Of a DNA stretch of 64,000 bases, positions 1 to 9,629 are shown piece after piece. The DNA is from Candidatus Latescibacterota bacterium (GTDB lineage: Bacteria; Latescibacterota; CBDEFO01). The DNA is taken from assembly GCA_965237525.1 (NCBI GenBank), contig CBDEFO010000007.1, positions 480,001-544,000 of the forward strand, read 5' to 3'. How positions within the stretch are numbered: the first letter of the stretch is position 1; each line of letters starts with the position of its first letter. A program made the position numbers and the translations under genes. Under the pieces are notes generated by a model that ran no database searches, was not told where the DNA came from, and was given only the letters and a program-made list of their open reading frames with translations.

Positions 1-276
1 GATATTCATAAACACCAACGGTATCGGTACACGTATTCGGCCGCCCATGAAGCGATTGCGAATGTAGAGCCAGGGCAGCGTGTACGTATTCACTGTGTGG
101 ACTGCTTTGAGAATCGCCTGGTGCGCGAAGACCAAAGTTGTTCCGAGGTCTGTGAATATCCGTACTTAAACCCGCAAACAGGACCGGTCTACGTCAATGG
201 CGAGGAGGGGGGCGACACCCTGCTCGTGCACATTGATGACATCGAAATTACTCGGGACTGGGCGGTTACGGGTTAG
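1..276 (+). pseudogene. Acetamidase/formamidase family gene, 5' part (interrupted by IS; runs off window start)
   Basis: Frame 1 translates DIHKHQRYRYTYSAAHEAIANVEPGQRVRIHCVDCF...LNPQTGPVYVNGEEGGDTLLVHIDDIEI, the typical FmdA/AmdA 'NPxTGPxxVxGAxPGDxLxV' motif. Ends at TAG 274-276 at the IS junction. Confidence 0.85.
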
Positions 277-325
277 GGGTTGAATATCAAATGAAATCGG
301 TGCACCTAATTTGATCTTTGTTTAG

Positions 326-1844
326 AAGCCTTGTGAAATAGTTATGTCCCAGGCAGCGTCTGAAGCGCCGATTATGGGTCAAAGAGTAGCATATCGTATC
401 GTTTTGCTGTGGAATAAGCAAAATAGTCTTATCAGAGTTCTGGTCAGCAAGGAACAGGAGCTGTTTGAAGAACAGGATGCACTGTCTTTGACAGACAGGG
501 CACACATAGACGCTTTCCCCCTTCTTATGAAAGATACAAGCCTCTTGAGATTCTGTACTGTTGCAACAAGATTCAACTGTTCATTCAGTGAGGCTGGTCC
601 TCTATAACGGGCTCGTCCCATACCGTGTTGTTGCCTGGCTTCAGCAAAGATATGTTCACTGCGTTTACGGAGTCTCCGGGAGAGTTTGTAGTCAGCTGTT
701 AATGAGATAGACCGTGCATGATTTCTGGCTTTCGCCTCTCGCACTTTTCTATCCCGTTCGGCCTGAATATGTGCTGGATTTGTCTTGTTTTTCCATGTAG
801 GAATCGGTTCAATCTTCTCATCGGCTCGCAGAGGAATATGGGGTATGATTCCCCGGTCAAGTACATCAGCGATAAAATTACCAGAACCGTAACCGGTATC
901 GGCACTAAGTGTCTGAATGTCTTTGGGCATGGTGTATGTTTCAAGGTCATCTACCATCTTAAGGGCACTTTCGGGCTCTGCTGTCCCTGTCGCCTGCGTG
1001 CCCTGAGTCTCAAGGATTACTCTGCTTTTTGTGTCGATCAGATCATGGCCCATAAACGAGAGAAAAGCCCCTTTGCCCTTCGATTTGCTGTATAAGCGCG
1101 CGTCGGGGTCTGTAGTCGAACGGTGTGTTTGGTTCGTCCACTTTTCACCATGAAAGTCTTTATCCTGAGGATGCCCGGACCTACCCTTTGTCTTATCACC
1201 TTCAAAACCGATTCCCTTGAGATAATCATCAAGAGAAACAGGGGGTTCTATCGGCTCAATACTTTTCACTGAAGCATCAGCTTGTATCTGAGTGCCGTCG
1301 ACACTAAGGTGTTTACCGCTCACAAGACCGACATCTATGCAACACTGGACTACCTGACGCATTATCCGTTCAAACAACCCACTGGATGCCCACTTGTGAT
1401 TGCGAAGCTTGTTGATCGTGCTCCTATCCGGAACCGCATCATCAAATGTCTGATGACAAAACAACCGATATGCCGCATGCATCCCCACTTCCTGACAGAG
1501 CCGATTCTCACTCAAATTATACAGATAGCCAATAAGGATCATTCGAACAACTAATTCAGGATCAATACCGGGTCTGCCATTGTCAGGGCAATAACAATCT
1601 GATACAACGTCTCGTACAAATGAAAAATCAACTGCCTCATCAATCTGACGAAGGATATGATCCTCGGGAACTAAATCCTCCATCTGAAAATAGTGAAACA
1701 TCGGATTTGTCTGTTCCTGCTTTTGTGGGGTCATTGTTTCCTCCATGTATAATATTATCAATAACATAATATAATACATCGGAGCTGCTTTATCAATGCT
1801 TGTTCTATACTACTTTCTGAATCTAAGGGTTTTTCACAAGGCTT
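326..1844 (-). mobile_element. IS1182-family insertion sequence nested in the outer IS
   Basis: 13-bp perfect TIR AAGCCTTGTGAAA (326-338) / TTTCACAAGGCTT (1832-1844). 4-bp TSD TTAG at 322-325 and 1845-1848. Confidence 0.9.
379..1734 (-). CDS. IS1182-family transposase (DUF772 + DDE)
   Basis: Motifs EDLVPEDHILR, GRPGIDPELVVRMILIGYLY, SVDGTQIQADAS, STTDPDARL, ADTGY, RKRSEHIFAEARQQHGMGRARYRG. Likely start ATG 1734 after GGAGG. Confidence 0.92.
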   Translation of the reverse strand: MTPQKQEQTNPMFHYFQMEDLVPEDHILRQIDEAVDFSFVRDVVSDCYCPDNGRPGIDPELVVRMILIGYLYNLSENRLCQEVGMHAAYRLFCHQTFDDAVPDRSTINKLRNHKWASSGLFERIMRQVVQCCIDVGLVSGKHLSVDGTQIQADASVKSIEPIEPPVSLDDYLKGIGFEGDKTKGRSGHPQDKDFHGEKWTNQTHRSTTDPDARLYSKSKGKGAFLSFMGHDLIDTKSRVILETQGTQATGTAEPESALKMVDDLETYTMPKDIQTLSADTGYGSGNFIADVLDRGIIPHIPLRADEKIEPIPTWKNKTNPAHIQAERDRKVREAKARNHARSISLTADYKLSRRLRKRSEHIFAEARQQHGMGRARYRGPASLNEQLNLVATVQNLKRLVSFIRRGKASMCALSVKDSASCSSNSSCSLLTRTLIRLFCLFHSKTIRYATL

Positions 1845-1902
1845 TTAGAGTATTAGTAGATTAAGTTGAGTTGATTGTCTTAACTTTAATCTACGGAGTC
1901 CT

Positions 1903-3093
1903 ATGGACAAAGAGAGATTGGCCGTATTAAGACAAGAAGTCAACGAGATGTATTTTAAGAAAGAAATGTCAAAGCGAGAAGTTATCAAACAAGCGAGAGT
2001 TTCCAATGATTTCGTTACGGCTTGGACTAAATCTCTGGATCAGGATTTTGCCATGGATAATCGGGGTTGGCCAAAAGGAAAAAGGCGAAAATTGGCTAAA
2101 GTTGACGAACAGAGAATCAAAGAGATTTACCATAGCTTAGAGGACGATCCTTATCAGTTCTATTCAGGAGCCACTGTTATTGAACAAGAATGGAGGAATC
2201 GATATTCTAGCACCCCTCCTCCGTCGTTGCCGACTATCGGCAGAATGCTTTCAGATTTAGGACTTTCCCAGAGAAGGAAGAAAGGTAAAAACAAGGGTGC
2301 ATCTCGTTATCTTTGTTATCCAGAGTATACCATTTACTATCTTTCAGGAGGCAGAGTCCTAGAATCAGACTTTATTGGTAAAAAGTATCTTACCGGCAGA
2401 ACTGAGCCGGTCAACTTCGTTGGATTTTCCTTTAAGAAAGAGCCTAAGTTAAGGTATTTTCGGCGGGTTGACGGTCAAACAGCAACTAACTTTATCGAGA
2501 AGTGTCAGTCTTTCTTTGACAGGTTTGAAAAACCAGATTTCGTTAAGGTGGACAATTGCTCGGCGACTATTGGCAGTGTTTCAGGTAAAAGGAATGTCAG
2601 CAAAGCAATGCAGTTTCTCTTGAAAAATCAAGTGATTCCGATATTTGCCGTTCCCAGAAGGCCCTTTTCTCAAGCATCTATAGAAGGCAACAATTCTGTA
2701 TTTTCAAGGAAGTTCTGGAACAGAATTCAGTTCAAAAGCTTACAAGAAGTTGATCAGAAGTTAGAATGGTTTAATCTTTCATCACAGAGATACACCGGCT
2801 ACCGTCCACCTAAGCAAGAGAAGTCAAACGAGAAAGATTTCATTCCCAAGACCTATTTTATCAGACAAGTCAAACAGGACACAGAACAGACAGATAAAGC
2901 CTTTATCGATGTCCTAAATGAGAAAGTATCTCTTCCCTCCTCTTACACCAACTACTTTGTCCTGGCTGAATGGAACCTAAAAGAAGAACAATTATACATC
3001 CATTTTGAAAAAGAACAGAAACCAAAGATTGTCGAAAACCTATCATTCAAGATCAATCAAAGATCGAAAGAGAAGTGCACCGATTTCATTTGA
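1903..3093 (+). CDS. DDE (rve/integrase-core-like) transposase with N-terminal HTH
   Basis: HTH-like N-terminus, PSLPTIGRML, ESDF...VKVDN...PFSQASIEGNN (D, D, E). Stop codon lies inside the right TIR. AT-rich relative to flanks. Confidence 0.8.
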   Translation: MDKERLAVLRQEVNEMYFKKEMSKREVIKQARVSNDFVTAWTKSLDQDFAMDNRGWPKGKRRKLAKVDEQRIKEIYHSLEDDPYQFYSGATVIEQEWRNRYSSTPPPSLPTIGRMLSDLGLSQRRKKGKNKGASRYLCYPEYTIYYLSGGRVLESDFIGKKYLTGRTEPVNFVGFSFKKEPKLRYFRRVDGQTATNFIEKCQSFFDRFEKPDFVKVDNCSATIGSVSGKRNVSKAMQFLLKNQVIPIFAVPRRPFSQASIEGNNSVFSRKFWNRIQFKSLQEVDQKLEWFNLSSQRYTGYRPPKQEKSNEKDFIPKTYFIRQVKQDTEQTDKAFIDVLNEKVSLPSSYTNYFVLAEWNLKEEQLYIHFEKEQKPKIVENLSFKINQRSKEKCTDFI

Positions 3094-3107
3094 TAAATAA
3101 CCGTTAG

Positions 3108-3765
3108 GTGCCGAGATTTGGCCTGCTCACGGGAAGCACGGTTATGGCAATGCTTACCGAGAGTCTTCCTGAAGTGGTGCGCAAACTACCCATTCGCGAC
3201 GACCGCGTGTGGTTTGGCAAGCTCAGCCGGCGACTATCGCGCCTTATGGGTACCGTGGGCACGGCACCCAAGCTCGAAGCCATTAATGCCCTGACGCCTT
3301 CTTATTATGGTGGCAACATGGATTGTGCTGAGACCTGTTCGGGCAACACGTTGCACCTTCCTGTCCACAACGCAGGCGGACTTTTTTTCTGTGGTGACGG
3401 GCACGCGACACAGGGCCACGGCGAGATTGGCGGCGTGGCGTGCGAAGTGCCGGTGAATCTGATTTGCCGTTTTGAGTTGATCAAGGGCCAGGCCATCAAA
3501 TGGCCGCGAATAACCAACGACCACTACATGATGGTCATCGGCAGTGCGAGGCCACTCGAGGACGCGACGCGGATCGCGTGCGCCGAACTGATTGATTGGG
3601 TTGCGAGAGAATATGATATGGATCGCACGGATGCCTTGGTATGGATCACACAGATACTGGAACTGCGTGTGGGCAATGTGTGTGACCCTAATTACTCGGG
3701 TCGTTGCCGCGGTGCCTCGAAGTGCACTCGAGAGAAGGCCTAAAGCGCGTACCAAGACATTGTGA
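3108..3765 (+). pseudogene. Acetamidase/formamidase family gene, 3' part, with probable +1 frameshift at 3698-3700
   Basis: GGNMDC, LHLPVHNAGGLFFCGDGHATQGHGEIGGVACE, GSARPLEDA, GNVCDPNY. Removing one G gives the family-like ending NYSVVAAVPR...TL* (TGA 3763-3765). Confidence 0.85.
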
Positions 3766-3800
3766 GGAACGATTCACTGACGAAATTAGGAGGTTTGAAC

Positions 3801-6800
3801 ATGGGACACCGTAGCATGATTGTTCTTGCACTGCTGGCAATTGGTTTAGTGGCGGTCAGTACACGTGGACAAGGAGAGGCGAGCGCGAAGGACAAGTGGA
3901 CCAAAGCCGAACGGGACAAGGGTTATGTGGTCTTCGCCTACTCCACGATGAAAAACCTGCCGGCAGGCCACGTACCGCGTCGGGACAGCACTGTAAACAG
4001 GCTTACATGCGTGTCCTCGCAACAGATGAGTATGAATCGCTCCAATTCGGTGTGCACGCGATTGCTGACGATCTCGAGGCTATATCGGTGAATGTAGAGT
4101 CAGACCTTGATGTTACCGTATATCACCGGATTCTGCCAGCTGTCAAGGAACAACTGGCACTCGAACCCATGGATTCGGGGGAGGTCAGCGGCTGGATACC
4201 GAGCAAAATTCTGTTGCAGCGGGGGAATGTGTTTCCTGTCCTTGGAGCAGGGCAGAGCGTCAACTTCTGGCTGACGTTTCACGCCGACCGGGACACCAAG
4301 CCTGGTCGGCATCTGGGAAAGGTCCGGATAAGAACGGCCGGTAAGTCACCAACCTTTGTAGATTTGGCGATAACGGTGCGCCCATTCGCGTTACAGCGCC
4401 CGCGAATTCCGTATGGCATGTGGTGCCGCGAAGATATGCTGCCGAAGCGTTTCGGCGGCGTGTCGACACCGCGGGAGACGATGTTAAAGATTTACCGGGA
4501 CATGGCAGTGCACGGCCAAAACGCCGGTGCCTTCTATCCGGCCGGCAACTTTTTCCCCGTGGCGCCGGAGAACGACCACGTACTGCACAAGTTGCTGCCA
4601 TTGGCGAAGGAGGCCGGACTCGTTGATCCTCAGGTCAGCAGCACGTTGATCGGCGGCATCACAGGGGGGTACACGCGTGAGCAGGTGGAGGAGGAGGCAT
4701 CCTGGCTGCAGGCCGAGTGCCGCGAGAAGGGTTGGCCGGAGCTTGTCGGTTTCGGCCCGGATGAGCCGGACTATCCGGAGGAAGACATCGAGGTCAGGGA
4801 GGCTTGCGAGTCGATGCGCGGTACCTCGTTTCGGATGAATCTGGATCAATCCGAGCTTTCTGCAGTATACGGCTACTCCACGTATGGACTGTACGACATT
4901 CAAACGGCAGCAGAGGGCGTGGTTACACCGGAGGTCATGGCCGAAGCAAAGCGCCTGGGGACCGAGATGCAGGTCTATTCTTACACTATATGGCGGGATG
5001 GTTTCTATCCCGTGCGCCAGCGTTATTTCGCCGGACTCCACACTTGGTCGTTGGGGCTCCGTGGTAATTGGATCTGGGCCTATAATCATGGAAAGCACCG
5101 GCATGCCTGGTTTGCACCGGGCAGTGATGAGCCGCAGCCGGTAACCGGTTGGGAGATGCGCCGCGAGGGCGTCGATGACTATCGTTATCTGCAGATGCTC
5201 GAGGATGCCGTGGCGGCAAATCCCGAGAAGCCGCTGGCGCGGGAGGCGAAGTCATGGTTGGCGGGCTTGCGGGCGCGACTGGAAAAAATCACCCAGCCCC
5301 TGGACGTGGTGGCCGGCAAACCATTGGCACTTGCCGAATACGACGAAATTCGCGCCAGGGCTGCGTCCTACATTCAGCGCCAGGGCCCGATTCCACCTAC
5401 GGCTGTGGCGCGCCAGCCGAGGCTCCGCCCGACGGATGAGGCGGCTCCCTTCAGGGGCAAGTCCGTGGCGGCGTGCATAAAGGGGTTGCGTGATGCTGAC
5501 GCGTCACAGCGTCGTGCGGCAGCCTGGGCCCTTTTTGATATGGGGCCGAAGGCAGCGGCGGCGACAGCGACGCTTGCACAGCTGCTTGATGACGACGATG
5601 TACGGATGCCGGCGTTGCATGCCCTCGAGGCCATCGGTCCGCAGGCGTATCCGGCTGTACCGCAAATCGCGCGCCTGCTGAAGCATCCGGATTCCTACTT
5701 CCGCATGGGGGCGGTGCTAACGCTCGCGAGGATTGGTTGCCCGTTGGATAAGCGCGTAAAAAGTGGGCGTCGATCGCCGTCGGCACAGGCTGCCACTGTC
5801 GCCGGACCGCTGACGGGTGCCTTACTGGATGATCAACCCGTCGTAGCGCGCAAAGTCGCGACAATCATCTCAGCGTTGGGGCCGGCTGCGAAGCTGGCAA
5901 TTCCGACGGTAATCGTCATGCTTGAGTCCTCCAACCGCGCCACTCGCGCCTCTGGAGTCGCCCTGATCACCGGCCTCGGGCCGGATGCCGCCGGGGCAGC
6001 GGCAACGCTGGCGGCACTGCACGCGAAGAGTCCCGGCAACAGCGCCGTCATAAAGGCACTGGCTACCATCGGGCCAGCCGCCGAGATGGCCATACCGGCA
6101 CTAGAGAAATACGCCGCGAAGGACGATCCCGGCAACGAGCAGGCAGAGTCTTATTATGCCCTCACCTGTATCCGCGGAGGGACTGCGGACCTGTGGAAAA
6201 TGGTCGACTTGCTCAAGAACCCGAGGGTAACGGTGGTTACGAAGAATTACGTCGTCACGCTTTTCGATGAATTGGGCCCTAGAGCCGCGCCCGTTGCCGA
6301 CGCTGTTCGCAGCCTGACGAAAGACGGCAAGTTCACCAATACCAAGAGAGTATCCGGTTTCGGCAAGACGTCACCGGCCGAGGCGCACTACTTGGATGGC
6401 GCTGATTGTCGGAACCTTGTCCCGCGGTTGAGGGTCTTGGCGCGACTGCCGATCGACGGTTGGCGGTTTAAGGACGATCCCCGGGGAGTCGGCGTTGAAG
6501 AGGGATATTTCAGGCCGGATTTTCCGTCCGCAAATCTTAGCGAAATAAAGATCGCCGAGTTCTGGGACGAGCAAGGATTCAAGGACCTCAGAGAGGGATG
6601 GTATCGGCTTCGATACAAGTGTCCGGACTTGCCTGACGGCAAGCGGTTGTTCCTCCATTTCGGAGCCGTCGATGAATCCGCCTGGCTCTATGTCGATGGC
6701 AAGCTCGTCGCCTGGTACGACACCGCCGATCCAGACGAGACCTGGAGCAAGCCGTTCCTTCTGGACGTGTCGGGCAGCCTCAAGAGCCAGGGCGAGCATC

Positions 6801-6877
6801 TGCTGGCGATCAAGGTACACAACTATGCCGGTTCTGGCGGACTCTATAAGCCGGTGAGTCTGATGGTCGAAAAGTGA
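3801..6877 (+). CDS. Secreted multidomain protein: GH123/DUF4091-like region + HEAT repeats + GH2-type sugar-binding domain; frameshift near 4011
   Basis: AGGAGG RBS and signal peptide from ATG 3801. A GT duplication near 4011 links it to ORF 3896-6877. WEMRREGVDDYRYL (DUF4091-like), HEAT repeats (RRAAAWALFDMGPKA), C-terminal GWYR...LHFGAVDESAWLYVDG...AIKVHNYAGSGGLYKPVSL. Confidence 0.7.
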
Positions 6878-7196
6878 TTGAGGACGGAAAAGCGATGAGA
6901 AAACGAAACATGTTCGGAATTGTACTACTGACAGTTGGATTGTCGCCTGGGCAACGTGTGCGCACGCTGCAGATCGTCGGGCCGTTGGGTATCAAGGGAT
7001 TCTCCTCATAAATTCTATTATGATCTACTAAAATTCGAGTGCAAATATGTAGCATAATGCTTCTTGTGGCAAAGAACTCAAGAATTTTGAAAGAACTCAA
7101 AAAAGTTTTGGATGTTTTCTGTCTCTCATGTCACTAATTATTAGAGGACGTAGTACACAGTAAACGGTTTCGCACAGATACGACCGGAGGCAGAAG

Positions 7197-8735
7197 ATGA
7201 CAGTAAGGGAAGATATGACTTTAGTCAAGATGTCTCTGAACAGTGATCAAAGTGCGTTCGGAGAACTGATTGACCGGTACAAGAATCTGGTCTACGGCCT
7301 GCTCTTGAGCCGTATCAGAGACTTCGACCAGGTGGAATATTTGGCGCAGGACACCTTTATCGAGGCGTATGTCAATCTTGGGAAGATAAGGAAACCTGCC
7401 AGTTTCTCAAACTGGCTGTGTGGGATAGCCACGAACCTCTGCAACAGGTGGCTGGAGAGGCAAAGGAGGGAATCGGAGGTTGTAGGACAGTTGACCCCGT
7501 TCGGAGAAGAGGCAGAAGGAGTTCTAACGATCCAGAATGCGACCGTTCCTAGGACCCCTGAGGAGGAGTACGAATTGCAGGAGATGAAGGAAGCAATCTG
7601 GAAAGCTATCGGGGAACTTCCTGAGAAGAGCAGGGAAGCGATCCTGTTGTTCTACTTCAACGATATGTCCCATAGGGAGATCTCCGAATTCCTGGGAGCT
7701 GCACCGAGCACGGTCTTAAGTAATTTGCAGAACGGCAGAGAGAAGCTTGAGAGCAAGATGATTCCGTTTGTTGAGGGGACGGTAAAGGAGAAGGCATTAG
7801 GGAGGAAGTTTAAAGAGAAGGTTATGTCAGCTCTGCCTCTGATCTCATTTCCGGATCAGAAGCCTGTCGCTCCGCTTTTGAAATGGGGTTTGAGCTTGAA
7901 GGGTATTCTCACCGGGATCGGTGCACTTGCTCTGATTGGCGGGGTGACAGGCTGGCTGACGTCCAGTCAGGAGGAATCCCAACCGTCCGAGGAGGAGTTC
8001 TCTACGCCCAGAATGATGCAGACGAGGTTAGCCAGTCCTCAGGAGAAGGCTCTATTGGCCTCGAATCTCGACGAAGATATGTCTTTCTCCGAGCCCGGAG
8101 TGGCCACTTATCCCCTTAAGTGGCACAATGAACCGCTTTTGAAGACCGAGATTAGTGCCATGTTTAACAGCTTGGGAGTGGATGTCAAGCGCTATGCCTA
8201 CGAAATACCCGACTTTCACTACATCTGCCTTTTATACGAGAGCTACGTAGATGGGCAGAAGCAGGAGAGTTCGGATCCCGATTCTAAGGCTATGAAACAA
8301 GCGGTCACAGTATTGGGTACGAGAGGTGGCAAGAACATCTTGACCCTCATTCTCCGCAAAACAGACGACATGCTCCATATATGGCACGCGTCGAAGGACG
8401 GCTGGGCAGGTCTGGGTCGATTCAACGTCGAGGGCTATTACCAAAATGGAGAGGTAAGATATGGGGAATCACTGGCTGTGGGCAAAAAGTCGCTTGTTCA
8501 TGCCTGGGTTGCTGATAGCGCCAGCAGTATCGAAGGCTACTCAGAAAGAGGCCCACTTTCACCCGCGCGGCCGGTGGAAGAGATCGCCTCCGAATGGGGT
8601 CTTGTGATAGCGATATACGCCGAACTTGGATGCAAAAGTGCCGATAGGGCTACACGCAGGATGAACATAAACAAAGAGCAGATAAACACCAAAACAAAAA
8701 CCCTGAATGAAAGAGAGCATGAGTATCAGATTTAA
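7197..8735 (+). CDS. ECF-type RNA polymerase sigma factor with C-terminal TM helix and extracytoplasmic domain
   Basis: Region 2 AFGELIDRY...LAQDTFIEAY...FSNWLCGIATN; region 4 LPEKSREAILLFYFNDMSHREISEFLG; hydrophobic segment ILTGIGALALIGGVTGWL; ~200-aa tail paralogous to 8781-9479. Confidence 0.88.
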   Translation: MTVREDMTLVKMSLNSDQSAFGELIDRYKNLVYGLLLSRIRDFDQVEYLAQDTFIEAYVNLGKIRKPASFSNWLCGIATNLCNRWLERQRRESEVVGQLTPFGEEAEGVLTIQNATVPRTPEEEYELQEMKEAIWKAIGELPEKSREAILLFYFNDMSHREISEFLGAAPSTVLSNLQNGREKLESKMIPFVEGTVKEKALGRKFKEKVMSALPLISFPDQKPVAPLLKWGLSLKGILTGIGALALIGGVTGWLTSSQEESQPSEEEFSTPRMMQTRLASPQEKALLASNLDEDMSFSEPGVATYPLKWHNEPLLKTEISAMFNSLGVDVKRYAYEIPDFHYICLLYESYVDGQKQESSDPDSKAMKQAVTVLGTRGGKNILTLILRKTDDMLHIWHASKDGWAGLGRFNVEGYYQNGEVRYGESLAVGKKSLVHAWVADSASSIEGYSERGPLSPARPVEEIASEWGLVIAIYAELGCKSADRATRRMNINKEQINTKTKTLNEREHEYQI

Positions 8736-9629
8736 CTGTTCTTATTTCACATTAGGTGCGTTTTATGAAGGAGGATCGAAATGTTTAAAACTATCTGTGT
8801 CGCACTGACGGCTATCTGTCTGTTCTCTCTCGTCTTTGTCTCTGCTCAGACTGAAGAGGATACTTATCCCCTTAAGTGGTACAATGAACCGCTTTTGGAG
8901 AACGAGATTAGAGCCATGTTCTACAGCTTGGGAGTGGACGTCAAGCGCTATGCCTACGAAATACCAGACTTTCACTACTACTGCTTATCATACGAGCGCT
9001 ACGTAGAAGGGCAGAAGCAGGAGAGATTAGATCCCGCTGGTAAATCCGTAGAACGATCGCGTGGCGTAAGCGGTACGTCAGGGGGTAAGAACATCCTGTC
9101 GTTTATCTTCCGCAGAACAGACGACATGCTCCATATATCACACGCGTCGAAGGGCGGCTGGTCAGGTCTGGCTCGATTCAACGTCGAGGGCTATTACCAC
9201 AATGGAGACGTAAGATATGGGGAACCACTGGCTGTGGGAAAAAAGTCGCTTGTGCATGTCTGGGTTGCTGATAGCGCCAGCAGTAGCGAGGGCTACTCAG
9301 AAAGAGGCCCACTTTCACCCGAACGGACGGTGGAGGAGATCGCTTCCGAATGGGGTCTTGTGGTAGCGATATACGCCGAACTTGGATGCAAAGAAGCGGA
9401 GCAGGCGAAGCGTAGAATTGATAAACACATGGAGCAGAGGAAGCGCGAGATGAAGGCAAAAACGAAGACCTCTGAATGAAGGGAGCCTGAGCATCAGGTT
9501 CAATTGCGCTAAGTTTACATTAGGTGCGTTTTACCAAGGAGGATCGAAATGTTTAGAACTATCTGTGTCGCACTGACGGCCATTTGTCTGTGCTCTGTCG
9601 TCTTTGTCTCTGCTCAGACTGAAGAGGAT
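8106..9629 (+). repeat. Diverged tandem duplication, two units (8106-8861, 8862-9629)
   Basis: Both units start ACTTATCCCCTTAAGTGG and end with ATTAGGTGCGTTTT..AAGGAGGATCGAAATGTTTA..ACTATCTGTGTCGCACTGACGGC..TCTGCTCAGACTGAAGAGGAT. Confidence 0.9.
8781..9479 (+). CDS. Secreted hypothetical protein, paralog of the ECF C-terminal domain
   Basis: RBS AGGAGG, signal peptide, then YPLKWYNEPLL...GLVVAIYAELGCK shared with the ECF tail. Confidence 0.8.
   Translation: MFKTICVALTAICLFSLVFVSAQTEEDTYPLKWYNEPLLENEIRAMFYSLGVDVKRYAYEIPDFHYYCLSYERYVEGQKQERLDPAGKSVERSRGVSGTSGGKNILSFIFRRTDDMLHISHASKGGWSGLARFNVEGYYHNGDVRYGEPLAVGKKSLVHVWVADSASSSEGYSERGPLSPERTVEEIASEWGLVVAIYAELGCKEAEQAKRRIDKHMEQRKREMKAKTKTSE

Larger units (their letters stand above)
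278..3102 (+). mobile_element. IS481-like/unclassified DDE insertion sequence (outer element, ~1.3 kb without the nested IS)
   Basis: Terminal inverted repeats GGTTgaaTATCAAATGAAATCGGTGCAC (278-305) and GTGCACCGATTTCATTTGATAaatAACC (3075-3102). 6-bp target duplication GTTAGG at 272-277 and 3103-3108. Encodes transposase 1903-3093. Confidence 0.85.

Noticed and set aside
274..276. Pyrrolysine or stop-codon reassignment
   Set aside because: Many intact genes here end in TAG (e.g. uvrB, nadC), and the gene carries other lesions.
8106..9629. Diversity-generating retroelement TR/VR pair or integron cassettes
   Set aside because: Differences are not restricted to adenines, the unit is ~760 bp, there is no RT or integrase, and no convincing attC structure.
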